Shown: positions 25,932 to 35,918 of the stretch, piece by piece
Position numbering within the stretch: the stretch's first letter is position 1
How the letters are laid out: the number at the start of each line of letters is the position of its first letter
IMG/VR virus record: IMGVR_UViG_3300027917_000042
Span: 7,712-71,711 of that record
Length of the DNA: 64,000 nt
Source of the DNA: a virus
Direction: 5' to 3' (one strand)
Notes under the pieces: model-generated
Databases searched by the model: none
What the model was told of the DNA's origin: nothing
Seen by the model: the letters and a program-made list of their open reading frames with translations, nothing else
Program-made: the position numbers and the translations under genes

Positions 25932-28921
25932 GCCGTGATCTCCGATCCCCAGATGTAGTAGACGGTTGAGGACTGTCTCCAGATCGTTGCTACTCCGCCG
26001 GGGCCGACCGTGCAGCCGCCAGCGGTGTCTACCCGCCCTGAGCCCGGCTCTATGTAGTAGAGCGTGGTGCTGGTGCCTTCGGTGATGGTGTAGTTACCGG
26101 AGGTGCCTGCGTTAACGACGGTCGTGACGCCGTCTACAGGGAAGTCGAGGTCGCTGCTTGCCGCGAGCGTCAGCGTGTAGGCCGTGGTGTTGTCCGTGAA
26201 CGCCATCGCCCCACAATGCCCTGCTTCCAAGGTATCGGAGACGTTGTTGTTGAAGTCAGAAAGCTGGTTAAATCCAATGTCTAGCAGGTTTCCAGCGTGG
26301 TCTCGTATCTCTCCGCCAGAGGTGTTTCCAGTGTTGTCATAAACCTGAGTGCCGAACGCCCAGTTTGTTTGGCTGGCGGCGTAGAACTGCACCCTGAGGT
26401 CTGGGTCGGCAATGATGAGGTTACGGTTGTTGTTGCCCGCATCCTCTCCCTGAATCAGCCACCGCGCACTGTTGTTCTGGCTTCGGATAAAGTGATCGCC
26501 GCCGCTGACGCACTGGATGAAGGCGAGTCTGTTGGAGAATGTAGTGGTGTCGTAGAACCCAATGAAAGGCTGGTTCGTGACGCCCGTGCTATCTGTTATG
26601 TCAAAGCCGTACTGGTGCGTCCGAAAGACCTGCGCCCCATCGAAGTAGAGAGACAGCTCATTGTCGCTTACAGACTCGTTGTACTGCCAGACCCACTGGT
26701 TGTTGATGTCGTCGTAGAGCCCAACCCTGTTAGTCGTGCCAACGCCGGTCAGGTTCGACATCAGCACAGTTTCACCACCGATGCTGTAACCGGACCATGT
26801 GCCGCTGCTTCCTGCCGCGCCTATGGCCTCAATTGATCCGAAGCTGCCGGTGACCTCGCGAATGTAGCCTACGTTTGCTGACCCGACGTAGAAGTTGTTG
26901 CCGTAGATTCGCTCAAAAATATTACCGGCGCTGCCGACATAATAGGTGTCTGTCGTGTACGGCAAGACGTTGCCGTTTACGTCTATTCCTACATTGAAAT
27001 AGAACCTAGCACGGTCAGTCTGGAAGTGGCTGTAGGTTGAGTTCTGTGGGCCAAACAGAAGGTAGCCAGAAGACGTATCCAGCCGAAGGTTAGTGCTGTT
27101 GTCGGACACCGTGTTGGTGCCCATAACGAGGTCGATCCCCGAGGCAAGCGTGAGGGCTGTGTTCGATACAGTCGCTCGCGTGGAGTTTCCAATGCGGAAA
27201 ACCATGTTAGCGTTGCCGCCGGTGGACCATGTGTTGTTAAGAAACGCCGTGCCATCGGCATCCATCCCCATGCGGAAACGCTGATTGGTTCCTGCGCCCT
27301 GCGTGGTGTTGTCGCCACGTATTTCGATGTGGTGAGTCCCGACGCCGGTATCGTAGTCCCAGTTGAACGTCAGGGTGTCGCCTTGGTTCCTGAAGATGAC
27401 ATCGTGGTAGAAGTTGCTGTTGCCGCTCTGAATCAGCAGGTACGTTGGTGACGCGCCCTGAGCGCGGAACTCGTGGACAGTAGCATCGTAGAAGGCGTTG
27501 TTCGCCTCAGTGGCATGGCTGCCGCCGTACAGCTCTATGTTTGCGCCTGTGCCGTCACCGCCATAAAGCGTAAGGCCTGATGTATCGCTATCCTTGCGGA
27601 TGCTTCCGCTGACGCGCAGATTATCGAGTATGGTGAAATTGGTCGTGTCGATGTTCGCGACTTGGGTGCCAGCAACGCTGATGTCCAGATTGTTACCGGC
27701 AGACCGGAAAAAACCAGTGTTGGTCTCGGACGCAAAAGATATGCCCGGCGCGCTTGCATTGCCGCCTTGGAATAGAGCTGGCGAGGCTTCGACCTTGAAC
27801 CCCTCAGTGAACACAAGACGCTCGGGAGCAGTCCCGTCCGCCTCCATTCTGATGATTGTGGTGAAGCTGGGATTGGCAAGCTGGACCTGCACATCCGCAG
27901 CGTTGCCAGTGCCAGTGTTGAAGACCATCCTCCACACATCTTCGTAGGCAGAAACACCGTCCCAGTTTTCAAACTCCAGCAAACGACGGGTAGCCGCCGT
28001 TGCGTCGGCCTGCCCTCTGACGTAGGGCGCAGAGGCAGTCAGCGTGACCGCTCCAGTGACCGCCAAGTCGGTACCGTTGTACGTAAGCCCGCCAGCGGTG
28101 TCGATCCAGCTTCCGCCAGAGCGGTACAGCAGGTCGTTGTTTGCTGCGCCTGTGAGATCGACATCGGAAAGATCACCGAGTGTTGCAGCCCCGGCTGTAA
28201 GGTCTTCGGTGACTCCATTGACCCGAGCAAACACGCCAGCGGTGGTGGTCCACATATCCCCATCCACGGGCGTGGTAGGGGCAGTACCGTGCGGCAAACT
28301 GATGCTGGCTGCACCCGTGGATGTGGCAGGCATGGTCTGCTTGCTGGTCCACGTGTTGGCGGCTTCGAGACGAGCGAACGAATAGGTAACACCGTCCATG
28401 CGCATGTAAAGCTGCCGAGTGCCGCCCCCGGTGTGCCATATATCGCCATCAACGGGGGCTGTCGGGGGAGAGCCAGAGGGGAAGCTGAACCCGGCCCGAG
28501 TAGCTGTTGAGGAGGTCAACAGTACCTTGCCGTTCGCCTGCAACGTCATTGCGTTGCCGCCAGTACCAATGAAAACAAGGTTTTCGCTAGAATCGAATCG
28601 CTGGGTGTACTGGACAGTTCCTACGTTATTTGCGAACTCGATGTTGAAGGTCTGTGCGTCGTTCTTCCTGAACTGGAATGATCCGGCTCCAGAGCCGCCT
28701 GTCGCGTCCAGCCGTAAGGTCGGCGTGGTGGTCGGGGTCAGCCACGCTAACGCACCGCCCGTGTCCTCCCAGTTCCCCCCTATGCGGTATAGAAGATCGC
28801 CGTCTGCTGCACCCGTCAGGTCCGGTATGAACACCGGCACCCCATCGACCCGAAGCTCTCCGGCTTGGGTGGAGTCGAGGGTGATGTCCCCCGCTCCGGT
28901 GTGATCCATCTTCAATGCCAT
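25928..28921 (-). CDS. Long tail fibre / receptor-binding protein (997 aa)
   Basis: Gly/Thr/Asn-rich; repeated P..PVDGD.W and DLTGAA..DLLYR.GG.W.DT.G.L motifs. Confidence 0.85.
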   Translation of the reverse strand: MALKMDHTGAGDITLDSTQAGELRVDGVPVFIPDLTGAADGDLLYRIGGNWEDTGGALAWLTPTTTPTLRLDATGGSGAGSFQFRKNDAQTFNIEFANNVGTVQYTQRFDSSENLVFIGTGGNAMTLQANGKVLLTSSTATRAGFSFPSGSPPTAPVDGDIWHTGGGTRQLYMRMDGVTYSFARLEAANTWTSKQTMPATSTGAASISLPHGTAPTTPVDGDMWTTTAGVFARVNGVTEDLTAGAATLGDLSDVDLTGAANNDLLYRSGGSWIDTAGGLTYNGTDLAVTGAVTLTASAPYVRGQADATAATRRLLEFENWDGVSAYEDVWRMVFNTGTGNAADVQVQLANPSFTTIIRMEADGTAPERLVFTEGFKVEASPALFQGGNASAPGISFASETNTGFFRSAGNNLDISVAGTQVANIDTTNFTILDNLRVSGSIRKDSDTSGLTLYGGDGTGANIELYGGSHATEANNAFYDATVHEFRAQGASPTYLLIQSGNSNFYHDVIFRNQGDTLTFNWDYDTGVGTHHIEIRGDNTTQGAGTNQRFRMGMDADGTAFLNNTWSTGGNANMVFRIGNSTRATVSNTALTLASGIDLVMGTNTVSDNSTNLRLDTSSGYLLFGPQNSTYSHFQTDRARFYFNVGIDVNGNVLPYTTDTYYVGSAGNIFERIYGNNFYVGSANVGYIREVTGSFGSIEAIGAAGSSGTWSGYSIGGETVLMSNLTGVGTTNRVGLYDDINNQWVWQYNESVSDNELSLYFDGAQVFRTHQYGFDITDSTGVTNQPFIGFYDTTTFSNRLAFIQCVSGGDHFIRSQNNSARWLIQGEDAGNNNRNLIIADPDLRVQFYAASQTNWAFGTQVYDNTGNTSGGEIRDHAGNLLDIGFNQLSDFNNNVSDTLEAGHCGAMAFTDNTTAYTLTLAASSDLDFPVDGVTTVVNAGTSGNYTITEGTSTTLYYIEPGSGRVDTAGGCTVGPGGVATIWRQSSTVYYIWGSEITA

Positions 28922-30576
28922 TAGCCGGTACTCTGAATGATCTCCACGTGGGCGACCCAGCGAATCGTCTTCGCCGCCTCCCCGGTGACCTGCACTCGCA
29001 GGGAGCCGTTGGTGGTCTCAGCGTCCACCGCCGCGTCCCATGCCGTGGTGGACTCTGCGTAGATGTTCTTGACCACCGTGCCCACAATGGCGGTCGAGGC
29101 CGCGTTGGTGTCGCGCTTGATCGAACCCTTGAACTCGTAGGAGGCGGACTCCCCGTCCACGTCGGCGCGTCTGGCGGCGATAGTGACCCGGAAGCCCCAC
29201 GTCGTGTCGTTCGGCATGATCATGGTGTTGGACGCGCTTTCGGCAGAGCCGTTGGTGGTCAGCACCGACTGAGTCGCGTCCGTGGTCTGCCGCCTCAAAA
29301 CGTAGACCACAGCCTGAGCGTCGCCTGCTGCGGCGAACTGGCCGCTCGACATGGACAGGACACCCTCGACACCGTTGGGAGAAGAATCACCGTTAGGTCC
29401 GATCTGCGTGCCCGTGTCGGTGATATCCGGGGCGGCGGAAAAGGTCCACGTATCGGACACGGTGACTTGGTCAGCGCCGAGCGCCGCCTTGACGTTCGCC
29501 CACGTGATGTCCCGATGAGACGTGTTGGCGCTGTCATAAATCAGCATCGAGTCGGCATCGAGGATGTCGGTATTGGTGGTCAGGCTGGTGATATCCAGCT
29601 GTACCGTGTCAGTGACGATGGCAATACCTTCGCCTACCTGAACGTCTACATCATCCACGTTGATGATCAGACCCGCGCCCGCATTGACGTTGAACGTCCC
29701 GGCGGGAGACTCGCTCAGACCGTCGCCTGCGGTATAGACCGTGCCAGTGCCGGTGAACTGGGTCCACGTCACATCCGTCGTGTTCAGCGTGCCGCCAGCA
29801 TCCACGGTACAGACGTAAGCCACGTCCTGATTCGTGGTGCCCTCGGAGACGAAGACCGCTGCCGAGACCAGCTCGTCCCACGTATCGGCATCCGTCGCTC
29901 TGGACCACGCGCCCGCCGCCACCACGTAGATGCCATTCTGGGACAGCGTGCTTTGGTTCTTGACCAGCACCCGGTCATCGGCCACCACGCCCACGCCGTC
30001 GATGGTCTGGGTGCCTGACAAGGTGATGTTGCCGGTCGTCGCTACCCTCACCGCCTCTTTCCAGCTCAGCCCGTTGGCGATGTTATCGACGTAGGTCTTA
30101 TTGACGAGATCGTTGGCATTGGTCGGGGCAATCGAGGACTGCGGCAGCTGGGTGTTGAAGTCCACGTCCACGTTGTTGAATACCACCGCAGTGCCAGAAT
30201 CGAACGTCAGGGTGCCGGTGCTGTAGTTGTCAGACGCATCCGAACGCAGCAGGCTCCCCCCGTCCAGCCCATCCAGCTGATCGGCATTCAGGTTGGTCAC
30301 CAGCGTGGTCGAGTCCACCGTGAACGGCGAGGTGCCGGTGGTCATGTTGAAGTTGACTGTGGCCCCGTCATCGAAGTCCAGCGTGGTGGCGGCTGCGAAG
30401 TTCCACGTGTTGGCCCCGGTGAACGAGTCGGACGCATCCGCCCGGAGGAACGAGGTGCCCAGCGTGGTGTAGTTGTTGGTATGGAACACCGTGTAGGTGT
30501 CGATCCGCATCGTCTCTGCGGCGTTGGAATCGACTTGGATGTCGCCCGCCAACGAGTGGTCGAAGTTGATAGCCAT
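28921..30576 (-). CDS. Tail fibre protein (551 aa)
   Basis: LNADQLDG, DLVNKTYVD, WKEAVRVATTGNITLSGTQTIDGV...DRVLVKNQ....NGIYVV...WSRATD fibre motif. Confidence 0.9.
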   Translation of the reverse strand: MAINFDHSLAGDIQVDSNAAETMRIDTYTVFHTNNYTTLGTSFLRADASDSFTGANTWNFAAATTLDFDDGATVNFNMTTGTSPFTVDSTTLVTNLNADQLDGLDGGSLLRSDASDNYSTGTLTFDSGTAVVFNNVDVDFNTQLPQSSIAPTNANDLVNKTYVDNIANGLSWKEAVRVATTGNITLSGTQTIDGVGVVADDRVLVKNQSTLSQNGIYVVAAGAWSRATDADTWDELVSAAVFVSEGTTNQDVAYVCTVDAGGTLNTTDVTWTQFTGTGTVYTAGDGLSESPAGTFNVNAGAGLIINVDDVDVQVGEGIAIVTDTVQLDITSLTTNTDILDADSMLIYDSANTSHRDITWANVKAALGADQVTVSDTWTFSAAPDITDTGTQIGPNGDSSPNGVEGVLSMSSGQFAAAGDAQAVVYVLRRQTTDATQSVLTTNGSAESASNTMIMPNDTTWGFRVTIAARRADVDGESASYEFKGSIKRDTNAASTAIVGTVVKNIYAESTTAWDAAVDAETTNGSLRVQVTGEAAKTIRWVAHVEIIQSTG

Positions 30577-31988
30577 TAGTGTCTCGTCTCCGTGATGTAA
30601 ACGCGGGCAACCCAGCGGACGGTCTTGCCCGCCGATCCCGTGACGTTGATCCGTACCGCCCCGACAGACGTATCAACGGCAGCTGCCACGTCCCACGTTG
30701 CGTCATCTTTGTGATGCGTCGTCTTGGCGAAACCGTGGATGCCGGTGGACCCCGGTGTTGCCGCTCGATCCGCGCCGCCTTCCAGCGTCCATGCCCCGGA
30801 CTCCTGTGCCCCGGTGTTCTTGCAAGTGATCTCAGCCCGCACGTGATACGAGGAATTGTTGGGCAGCTCGATCTGGTTAGTGCCGCCGGGATTGGAAGCA
30901 TCGGTGGTCAGCGTCACCGTAGAGCCATCGGTCGTCTGGCGGCGCAATACGGTGGTCCATACCTGCGCATCGCCCGCCGTAGTGAATTGCCCAAGCGACC
31001 CAAACCACAGGGCATCGACCACCGTCTGATCCAAGTTCTGGCCGAACAGAAATTCACCCTGCGCCCGCCAGCTGCCCGTGATGATCTCATTGAGGTCCAG
31101 CTCGCCGTAGTTGCCAAGATCGCTGATCTGGCTCTCGGTAATCGAGATCGTGGCCTGAACGTCGGCCCAAGAATCCTGCCGGTGATTGGTGCCGTTCCAG
31201 TAAGCGATCAGATCAGTGCCTGAGATCGCTGCCTCAGTCAGTCCGCTGAAGTTGAGCGCGACGTCATTGGTGTTGACGAGGATGCCTTCTCCCTGACCGA
31301 CTGCCACGTCGTCCGCATTGACGACGATACCGTTGCCAGCGCCGACATCGAGAGTTCTCGTAACAGAGAGATCACCACCGCCAGTAAGACCAGCGCCAGC
31401 AGTGATGTCCACAGTAGTGTGGTCGATATGCTCATTGGCGACGAAGTTGGTGAGGACGTCGTGGTCGATAAGGTCATTGCGCACCGTCAGGGTAAGAACG
31501 TCGCCGTAGGTCACATCGTCATCAGTGACGACCGCCTCCAGCAGGGCGTTGCCGGAAAGAAACCTGAAGTATTCGTCGCCGGTCAGTGAGGTGGAATTGC
31601 CGAGGGTATCCCGAAACCCGATGTACTGATCGACAGCGCCCCCGCCAGCGGCCTCTTCGGCCATAACGAACGACGCGGATCCGCTGTCGTATTTCAGGAT
31701 GTAGCCATCGACGGCTGGCCCGGTGACGTCGGACAGGTCGAAAATCGACTCGTTGGTAATGTCCGTCAGGTAGTTGCCGAGGTCGGTGATCTCGGCGCTG
31801 ACGTGGGTATGGTTAAGCGGTGCGAAGTTTCCGCCGGTCGTGAACAGCGACACCTCGCGATCGAGATCCAGCAGGCCGGTATTGATGGCTCGCAAGCGGC
31901 GCTCGATGATGTCCACCAGCGACCGCATCCGAAACCCATCGTAGGTCTCGGTGGGAAAGTCTGGGAGTCTTTCGCGAGTGTCGGCCAT
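30576..31988 (-). CDS. Proximal tail fibre/adaptor protein (470 aa)
   Basis: Start at ATG 31988 coupled to the nozzle stop; HTH...ITDL motifs, AGAGLTGGGDLS..RTL; C-terminal domain paralogous to that of 28921-30576. Confidence 0.8.
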   Translation of the reverse strand: MADTRERLPDFPTETYDGFRMRSLVDIIERRLRAINTGLLDLDREVSLFTTGGNFAPLNHTHVSAEITDLGNYLTDITNESIFDLSDVTGPAVDGYILKYDSGSASFVMAEEAAGGGAVDQYIGFRDTLGNSTSLTGDEYFRFLSGNALLEAVVTDDDVTYGDVLTLTVRNDLIDHDVLTNFVANEHIDHTTVDITAGAGLTGGGDLSVTRTLDVGAGNGIVVNADDVAVGQGEGILVNTNDVALNFSGLTEAAISGTDLIAYWNGTNHRQDSWADVQATISITESQISDLGNYGELDLNEIITGSWRAQGEFLFGQNLDQTVVDALWFGSLGQFTTAGDAQVWTTVLRRQTTDGSTVTLTTDASNPGGTNQIELPNNSSYHVRAEITCKNTGAQESGAWTLEGGADRAATPGSTGIHGFAKTTHHKDDATWDVAAAVDTSVGAVRINVTGSAGKTVRWVARVYITETRH

Positions 31989-34555
31989 TACCGTTTGCCA
32001 TGCGCTCCGACCCGGGCCCGCCATTCACCCATGCGCCAGTCGTCGCCGATCGCGTCCGATCGGACTTCCAGCGACACCTGCCTGCCACGGAAGCGCATGC
32101 TGATCTTGCGCGTGCCCGGCGCGACTGTGTAAGGGCCCTTGTCGATGGTCTCGATATCCTGCGGGTAACGCCGCCCGTTCATGCTCACATCGACCGCCCC
32201 CTCCAGCCTGAGGAAATCGGGAATCAGCTGATCCACGTGAACCAGATACTCGCCAGCCTCCGGCAGCTCCATGTCGTAAGACTGCAAGTATGATCCTAGC
32301 GCCGCGCCATTGGCGTCCACGCCGGTCTCGTGCTTATACAGATAGCCATCGGTCGCGGCGGCGTAGGGTTTCTCCAGCACCGGGCTGCGATCTGCCCATG
32401 CTGTCCTCGACAGAGAGCCGATCGACCACGTGTTTTCTTCGTAATTGAACATCACGTAGCGATTGACCTCTGGCGACGGGTAACCGACTACCGGCGACGT
32501 GGTTGGCACAGTGATGTTTTGCCCGCTGGTGTTGAACAGCACGTCACGTGTCATGACGATGTTGTCGATATATCCGGGCCAGTTGCGCATGGAGGCCCCG
32601 CCCCAGCCGTTGACATTGCCTATGCCCACAATGATCTTATTCAGATCGTCGTCGAAAGTAGTAATGTTGGTTGATTGCGCAATCCATTGACCGTTCATCC
32701 AGACATCCACGCGATTTCCGCTGCGCTGTGCTGTAAACCAATTCCATGTGTCCAGCGGAAAAGTCGCCGTGGTCATGTTGGATATCCCAGCGCCTGTCGA
32801 ATTGCCACTGGCCGCAGTCCAAGCAAAATAGTATTGAAAGTCTCCGGCGATGTTTGGAACGAGCTGGATGTTCCAGCCCTTGTTGATGGTGCCGCCCCAG
32901 CTGCCCTGCGGCAATTGATTGCCCATGATCCCGTATGGGTTTGCGCCAGTAAGATACGAGCCGGTCGGCAGGTACACCCAGCCATGGATCGTCCAGTCAC
33001 CCGTTCCTAGCGCGTACTGTGAGCCGGTCCACGAGATGGCGTTGTCGGCAGTGGTGCCGTCGCCTTGTACCGAGTTGACGCCGAACTTGGCCTGATCTGT
33101 CGTCAGGGTCAGGCCAGCGCCCTCGGCAGTCGCAAACTCGCCAGTCAGCGCATCGACGTTGCCCGACTCGTTCTCGTACAGGAACATCGGGTTGCTGCCC
33201 GTTTGAGCGGCATCCTGCTCCTGATCCTGCTCGCCGATCTGCCCCGGGTAGAAGAACCAGATCTCGTTGAACTCCCGGTTCAGCCCGCCGAACGACTTGG
33301 CTTTCTGGGCGACGTTGAGGTTGTCGTAAACCTTGTTTCGCACGTCGCACGGCAACACCCGGAGGACGCCGTCGTACATGAAGAAGTCGCCCTCGCCCAT
33401 GAAGAACACCCGGTAGTCCGTGGCGACCACCGCATTGGGCCCGAGGATCGAGACGTTCTCGCCGACCACGTTGACGCCGTAGACGTCGAAGCCACCGAGG
33501 TAGTCCACCGAATGCACAGACTCATCCGTGAAAGCGAGGATCTGCCCCCGGGTCTTGACCGCCGCGATGATCTCCGAGCCCCGGTACAAGCGCAGGTCGC
33601 CTGAGGTATTGGTGTCCCTCGGGATCCAGTCGCCGAAATCTTCCTGAGAACACCAGCGGATGAGAAGCGGGTCGAATACCCCCGAAAATCGCTCTGTCGA
33701 GCCCATGGCGAAGAGATGTCGGTCTCGCTGGGAAATGATAGCCACATTGCAGTTGACGGGCGCTTGCGACAGGAGAACGGCTCTGGAGGCCGCTCCCGAG
33801 GTTCGGTCCCACCAGTAGATCGATTTCCCGAACGGACAGGCGATCAGATCCTCGCCCCAGTTATCGAGGCTCCACGTCCGCGCCGCCACGGTTACCTGAC
33901 TGGATGGGCGCGGCGTGTCGTAGCCCTGCTCGCTCAACGGCAGAGAAGTATCGTCCGCACCATAGCCGTAGATGCCGTAGCCATTCGCCAGCGACCCGGA
34001 ACGCAGCCCGGTGTTGATCTGGTACTCCATGCCGACCGTGCCACCGCCCGTTGCATTTGCAATGGCAGTAACCCCGGTCTCGATGGTGTAAGAGCTGAAC
34101 GACGTGGACAGGATCTGGTATTCACCACTGACCGTGATACCACCGACTGCCGTGGCCCCGGAGAACGTGACGAAATCGTTGGTAATCGCCCCATGGCCGA
34201 CATCCGTGATGGTGACGATCGAGGATCCGTTGACCGTAGTGATCGGGTCCACCACCGAGGACGTGCGCCTGATCGGCGTAATGTCATAGAGGTTGCCGTC
34301 CTGCCACAGGTAGAGCTTCCAGTCTGTCCCGATGGCCGTCCACAGCGACCCGTCCAGCGCAGCCCAGTCATGGATATCCCGGGCCACGCCGAGAAACATC
34401 GGTTGAATCTGTTCCCAGCCACCAATCTTTTCCGGCAGGCCATAGCGGAAACGCACCTTGTCGGCCTCTTTCCACCGACCCTTCGCGCCGCGATCGGTCT
34501 CCTCGGTATAGATCCCCGGGGCGACTGGCAGATTGATGATGGTCTTCTGGGTCAT
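31988..34555 (-). CDS. Tail nozzle / tail tubular protein B-like with inserted LamG-like domain
   Basis: KVRFRYGLPEKIGGW, WSLDNWGEDL, IRWCSQED beta-propeller features; C-terminal R.RGRQ..L; lectin-like insertion. Confidence 0.85.
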   Translation of the reverse strand: MTQKTIINLPVAPGIYTEETDRGAKGRWKEADKVRFRYGLPEKIGGWEQIQPMFLGVARDIHDWAALDGSLWTAIGTDWKLYLWQDGNLYDITPIRRTSSVVDPITTVNGSSIVTITDVGHGAITNDFVTFSGATAVGGITVSGEYQILSTSFSSYTIETGVTAIANATGGGTVGMEYQINTGLRSGSLANGYGIYGYGADDTSLPLSEQGYDTPRPSSQVTVAARTWSLDNWGEDLIACPFGKSIYWWDRTSGAASRAVLLSQAPVNCNVAIISQRDRHLFAMGSTERFSGVFDPLLIRWCSQEDFGDWIPRDTNTSGDLRLYRGSEIIAAVKTRGQILAFTDESVHSVDYLGGFDVYGVNVVGENVSILGPNAVVATDYRVFFMGEGDFFMYDGVLRVLPCDVRNKVYDNLNVAQKAKSFGGLNREFNEIWFFYPGQIGEQDQEQDAAQTGSNPMFLYENESGNVDALTGEFATAEGAGLTLTTDQAKFGVNSVQGDGTTADNAISWTGSQYALGTGDWTIHGWVYLPTGSYLTGANPYGIMGNQLPQGSWGGTINKGWNIQLVPNIAGDFQYYFAWTAASGNSTGAGISNMTTATFPLDTWNWFTAQRSGNRVDVWMNGQWIAQSTNITTFDDDLNKIIVGIGNVNGWGGASMRNWPGYIDNIVMTRDVLFNTSGQNITVPTTSPVVGYPSPEVNRYVMFNYEENTWSIGSLSRTAWADRSPVLEKPYAAATDGYLYKHETGVDANGAALGSYLQSYDMELPEAGEYLVHVDQLIPDFLRLEGAVDVSMNGRRYPQDIETIDKGPYTVAPGTRKISMRFRGRQVSLEVRSDAIGDDWRMGEWRARVGAHGKR

Positions 34556-34980
34556 TACGGTACGCTCAGAACGCCCGTGAAGCTGGCGTCATAGGTCTCT
34601 CCCGGGGCATACGGCGGGGTCGTCCCGGTCTTCGTGTTATCGAACGACAGGTAGATGGTGTAGGCCCGGCTCAATGTCGAGAAGTTGTGCCACCATTCAC
34701 GGGGAGTTCCATTGCCGATCTGTATCCACTCTTCCACCGGGGATCCGGTGATGTTCCCAATAGTATCGAAGTAGATCGAGAATTCTTGCGTGGTCACGTC
34801 CGGCGTGACCCAGCGCCCTTTCTGCGTATAGGTCAGGTTCGCCGTTCTCTGGTCCATCGAACCATCGGCGTTCAGTCGGAGCCCGGCGTAGGTTGTCCCG
34901 TTGACATTGGCATCTGCCGTCCGAAACACGAAAGTGATCGGCGGCTGCTGGATCAGGGCTGGCGATCCCCAGAACGGCAT
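34555..34980 (-). CDS. Small tail-fibre-associated protein, paralog of 25518-25931
   Basis: ATG 34980 overlaps the upstream TAA; shared motifs listed for the paralog. Confidence 0.8.
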   Translation of the reverse strand: MPFWGSPALIQQPPITFVFRTADANVNGTTYAGLRLNADGSMDQRTANLTYTQKGRWVTPDVTTQEFSIYFDTIGNITGSPVEEWIQIGNGTPREWWHNFSTLSRAYTIYLSFDNTKTGTTPPYAPGETYDASFTGVLSVP

Positions 34981-35918
34981 TACGAAACGTCCAGCAGGGC
35001 CGAGCCGACCCACTTGCCGCCACCCGGGTAATTCCTGAAGTACTCGAAGGCGACGTAGTCCACTGCCCCGGCGCTACCCGTGGTGAGCGTCGGTGGTGTG
35101 CCGCCCACCCATGCGTAGGCGCTCCCCCACGTGATCGTGGCCCCGGACGTCTGGTGATGGATCATGATCCGAATCACCTGCCCGTCCGCATCGGCAGTCT
35201 GTGTCGTCGGATTCTGGAAGGTCGCCGAGATCGCACTGGTCACCGTGACATTGAACGCATTCGAGTTCTGGTTGGGCACCGCGATGGTGCTGCCCCATGT
35301 CAGCGCCTCCCTGACCGCATTCTGGCCCTGCGTAAACGTCTGCACCTTCGACGTGCCGACGCCCAGATCTTTCCTGACAAAATCCTCGCCCGTGACGTAG
35401 CCGCCATCGGACAGCAGGTTGTCGGCATTCTCGGCGTTGGTGGCGTTGATCGCATTGGTGACGTCGCCGGAATCCACGAGGTAGGCGTCAGTGCTGTCCA
35501 CGAACACCAGCCGGGTTTCACCATTAGGGATGGTGACGCCCGTACCAGTGGCCGTCTTGAACGTGATGTCGTAAGCCGGACTGTAGGCATTCCTGACGAG
35601 GTAAACCTTCGCGTACTCTGCCGAAGAGCCGAAGGCCCCGCCACCCTCGATCGGCGCGGTGATGGTCACTGGCCCGCCGGGATTGTCGATGCAATCCAGC
35701 ATCATGGCCCGGGCATCCGGGTTCACCGGGTCGGGCTCGCCGTTACCGTATCCCAGAGAAATGGTGGATCCGGTGACCGTGCCGTCGAGAACCTCGCGTT
35801 TGACCACGGCGTCTTCCAGCATCTTGAAGACGCTGTTGTTCAGGACCGTGCCCCACGTATCCGGGTTGTCGTTAGTTTCCTGCATCGTAAGACGCAGGTT
35901 CTTGGTCGTCTGTGCCAT
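34980..35918 (-). CDS. Short tail fibre/spike protein (312 aa)
   Basis: N-terminal L.L...N..TWG...N motif; C-terminal W.GGTPPTLT...A.D domain. Confidence 0.78.
   Translation of the reverse strand: MAQTTKNLRLTMQETNDNPDTWGTVLNNSVFKMLEDAVVKREVLDGTVTGSTISLGYGNGEPDPVNPDARAMMLDCIDNPGGPVTITAPIEGGGAFGSSAEYAKVYLVRNAYSPAYDITFKTATGTGVTIPNGETRLVFVDSTDAYLVDSGDVTNAINATNAENADNLLSDGGYVTGEDFVRKDLGVGTSKVQTFTQGQNAVREALTWGSTIAVPNQNSNAFNVTVTSAISATFQNPTTQTADADGQVIRIMIHHQTSGATITWGSAYAWVGGTPPTLTTGSAGAVDYVAFEYFRNYPGGGKWVGSALLDVS

Noticed and set aside
25518-34980. Paralog pair as a DGR template/variable repeat
   Set aside because: No reverse transcriptase in the window, both copies are intact ORFs, and the differences look synonymous rather than adenine-specific.
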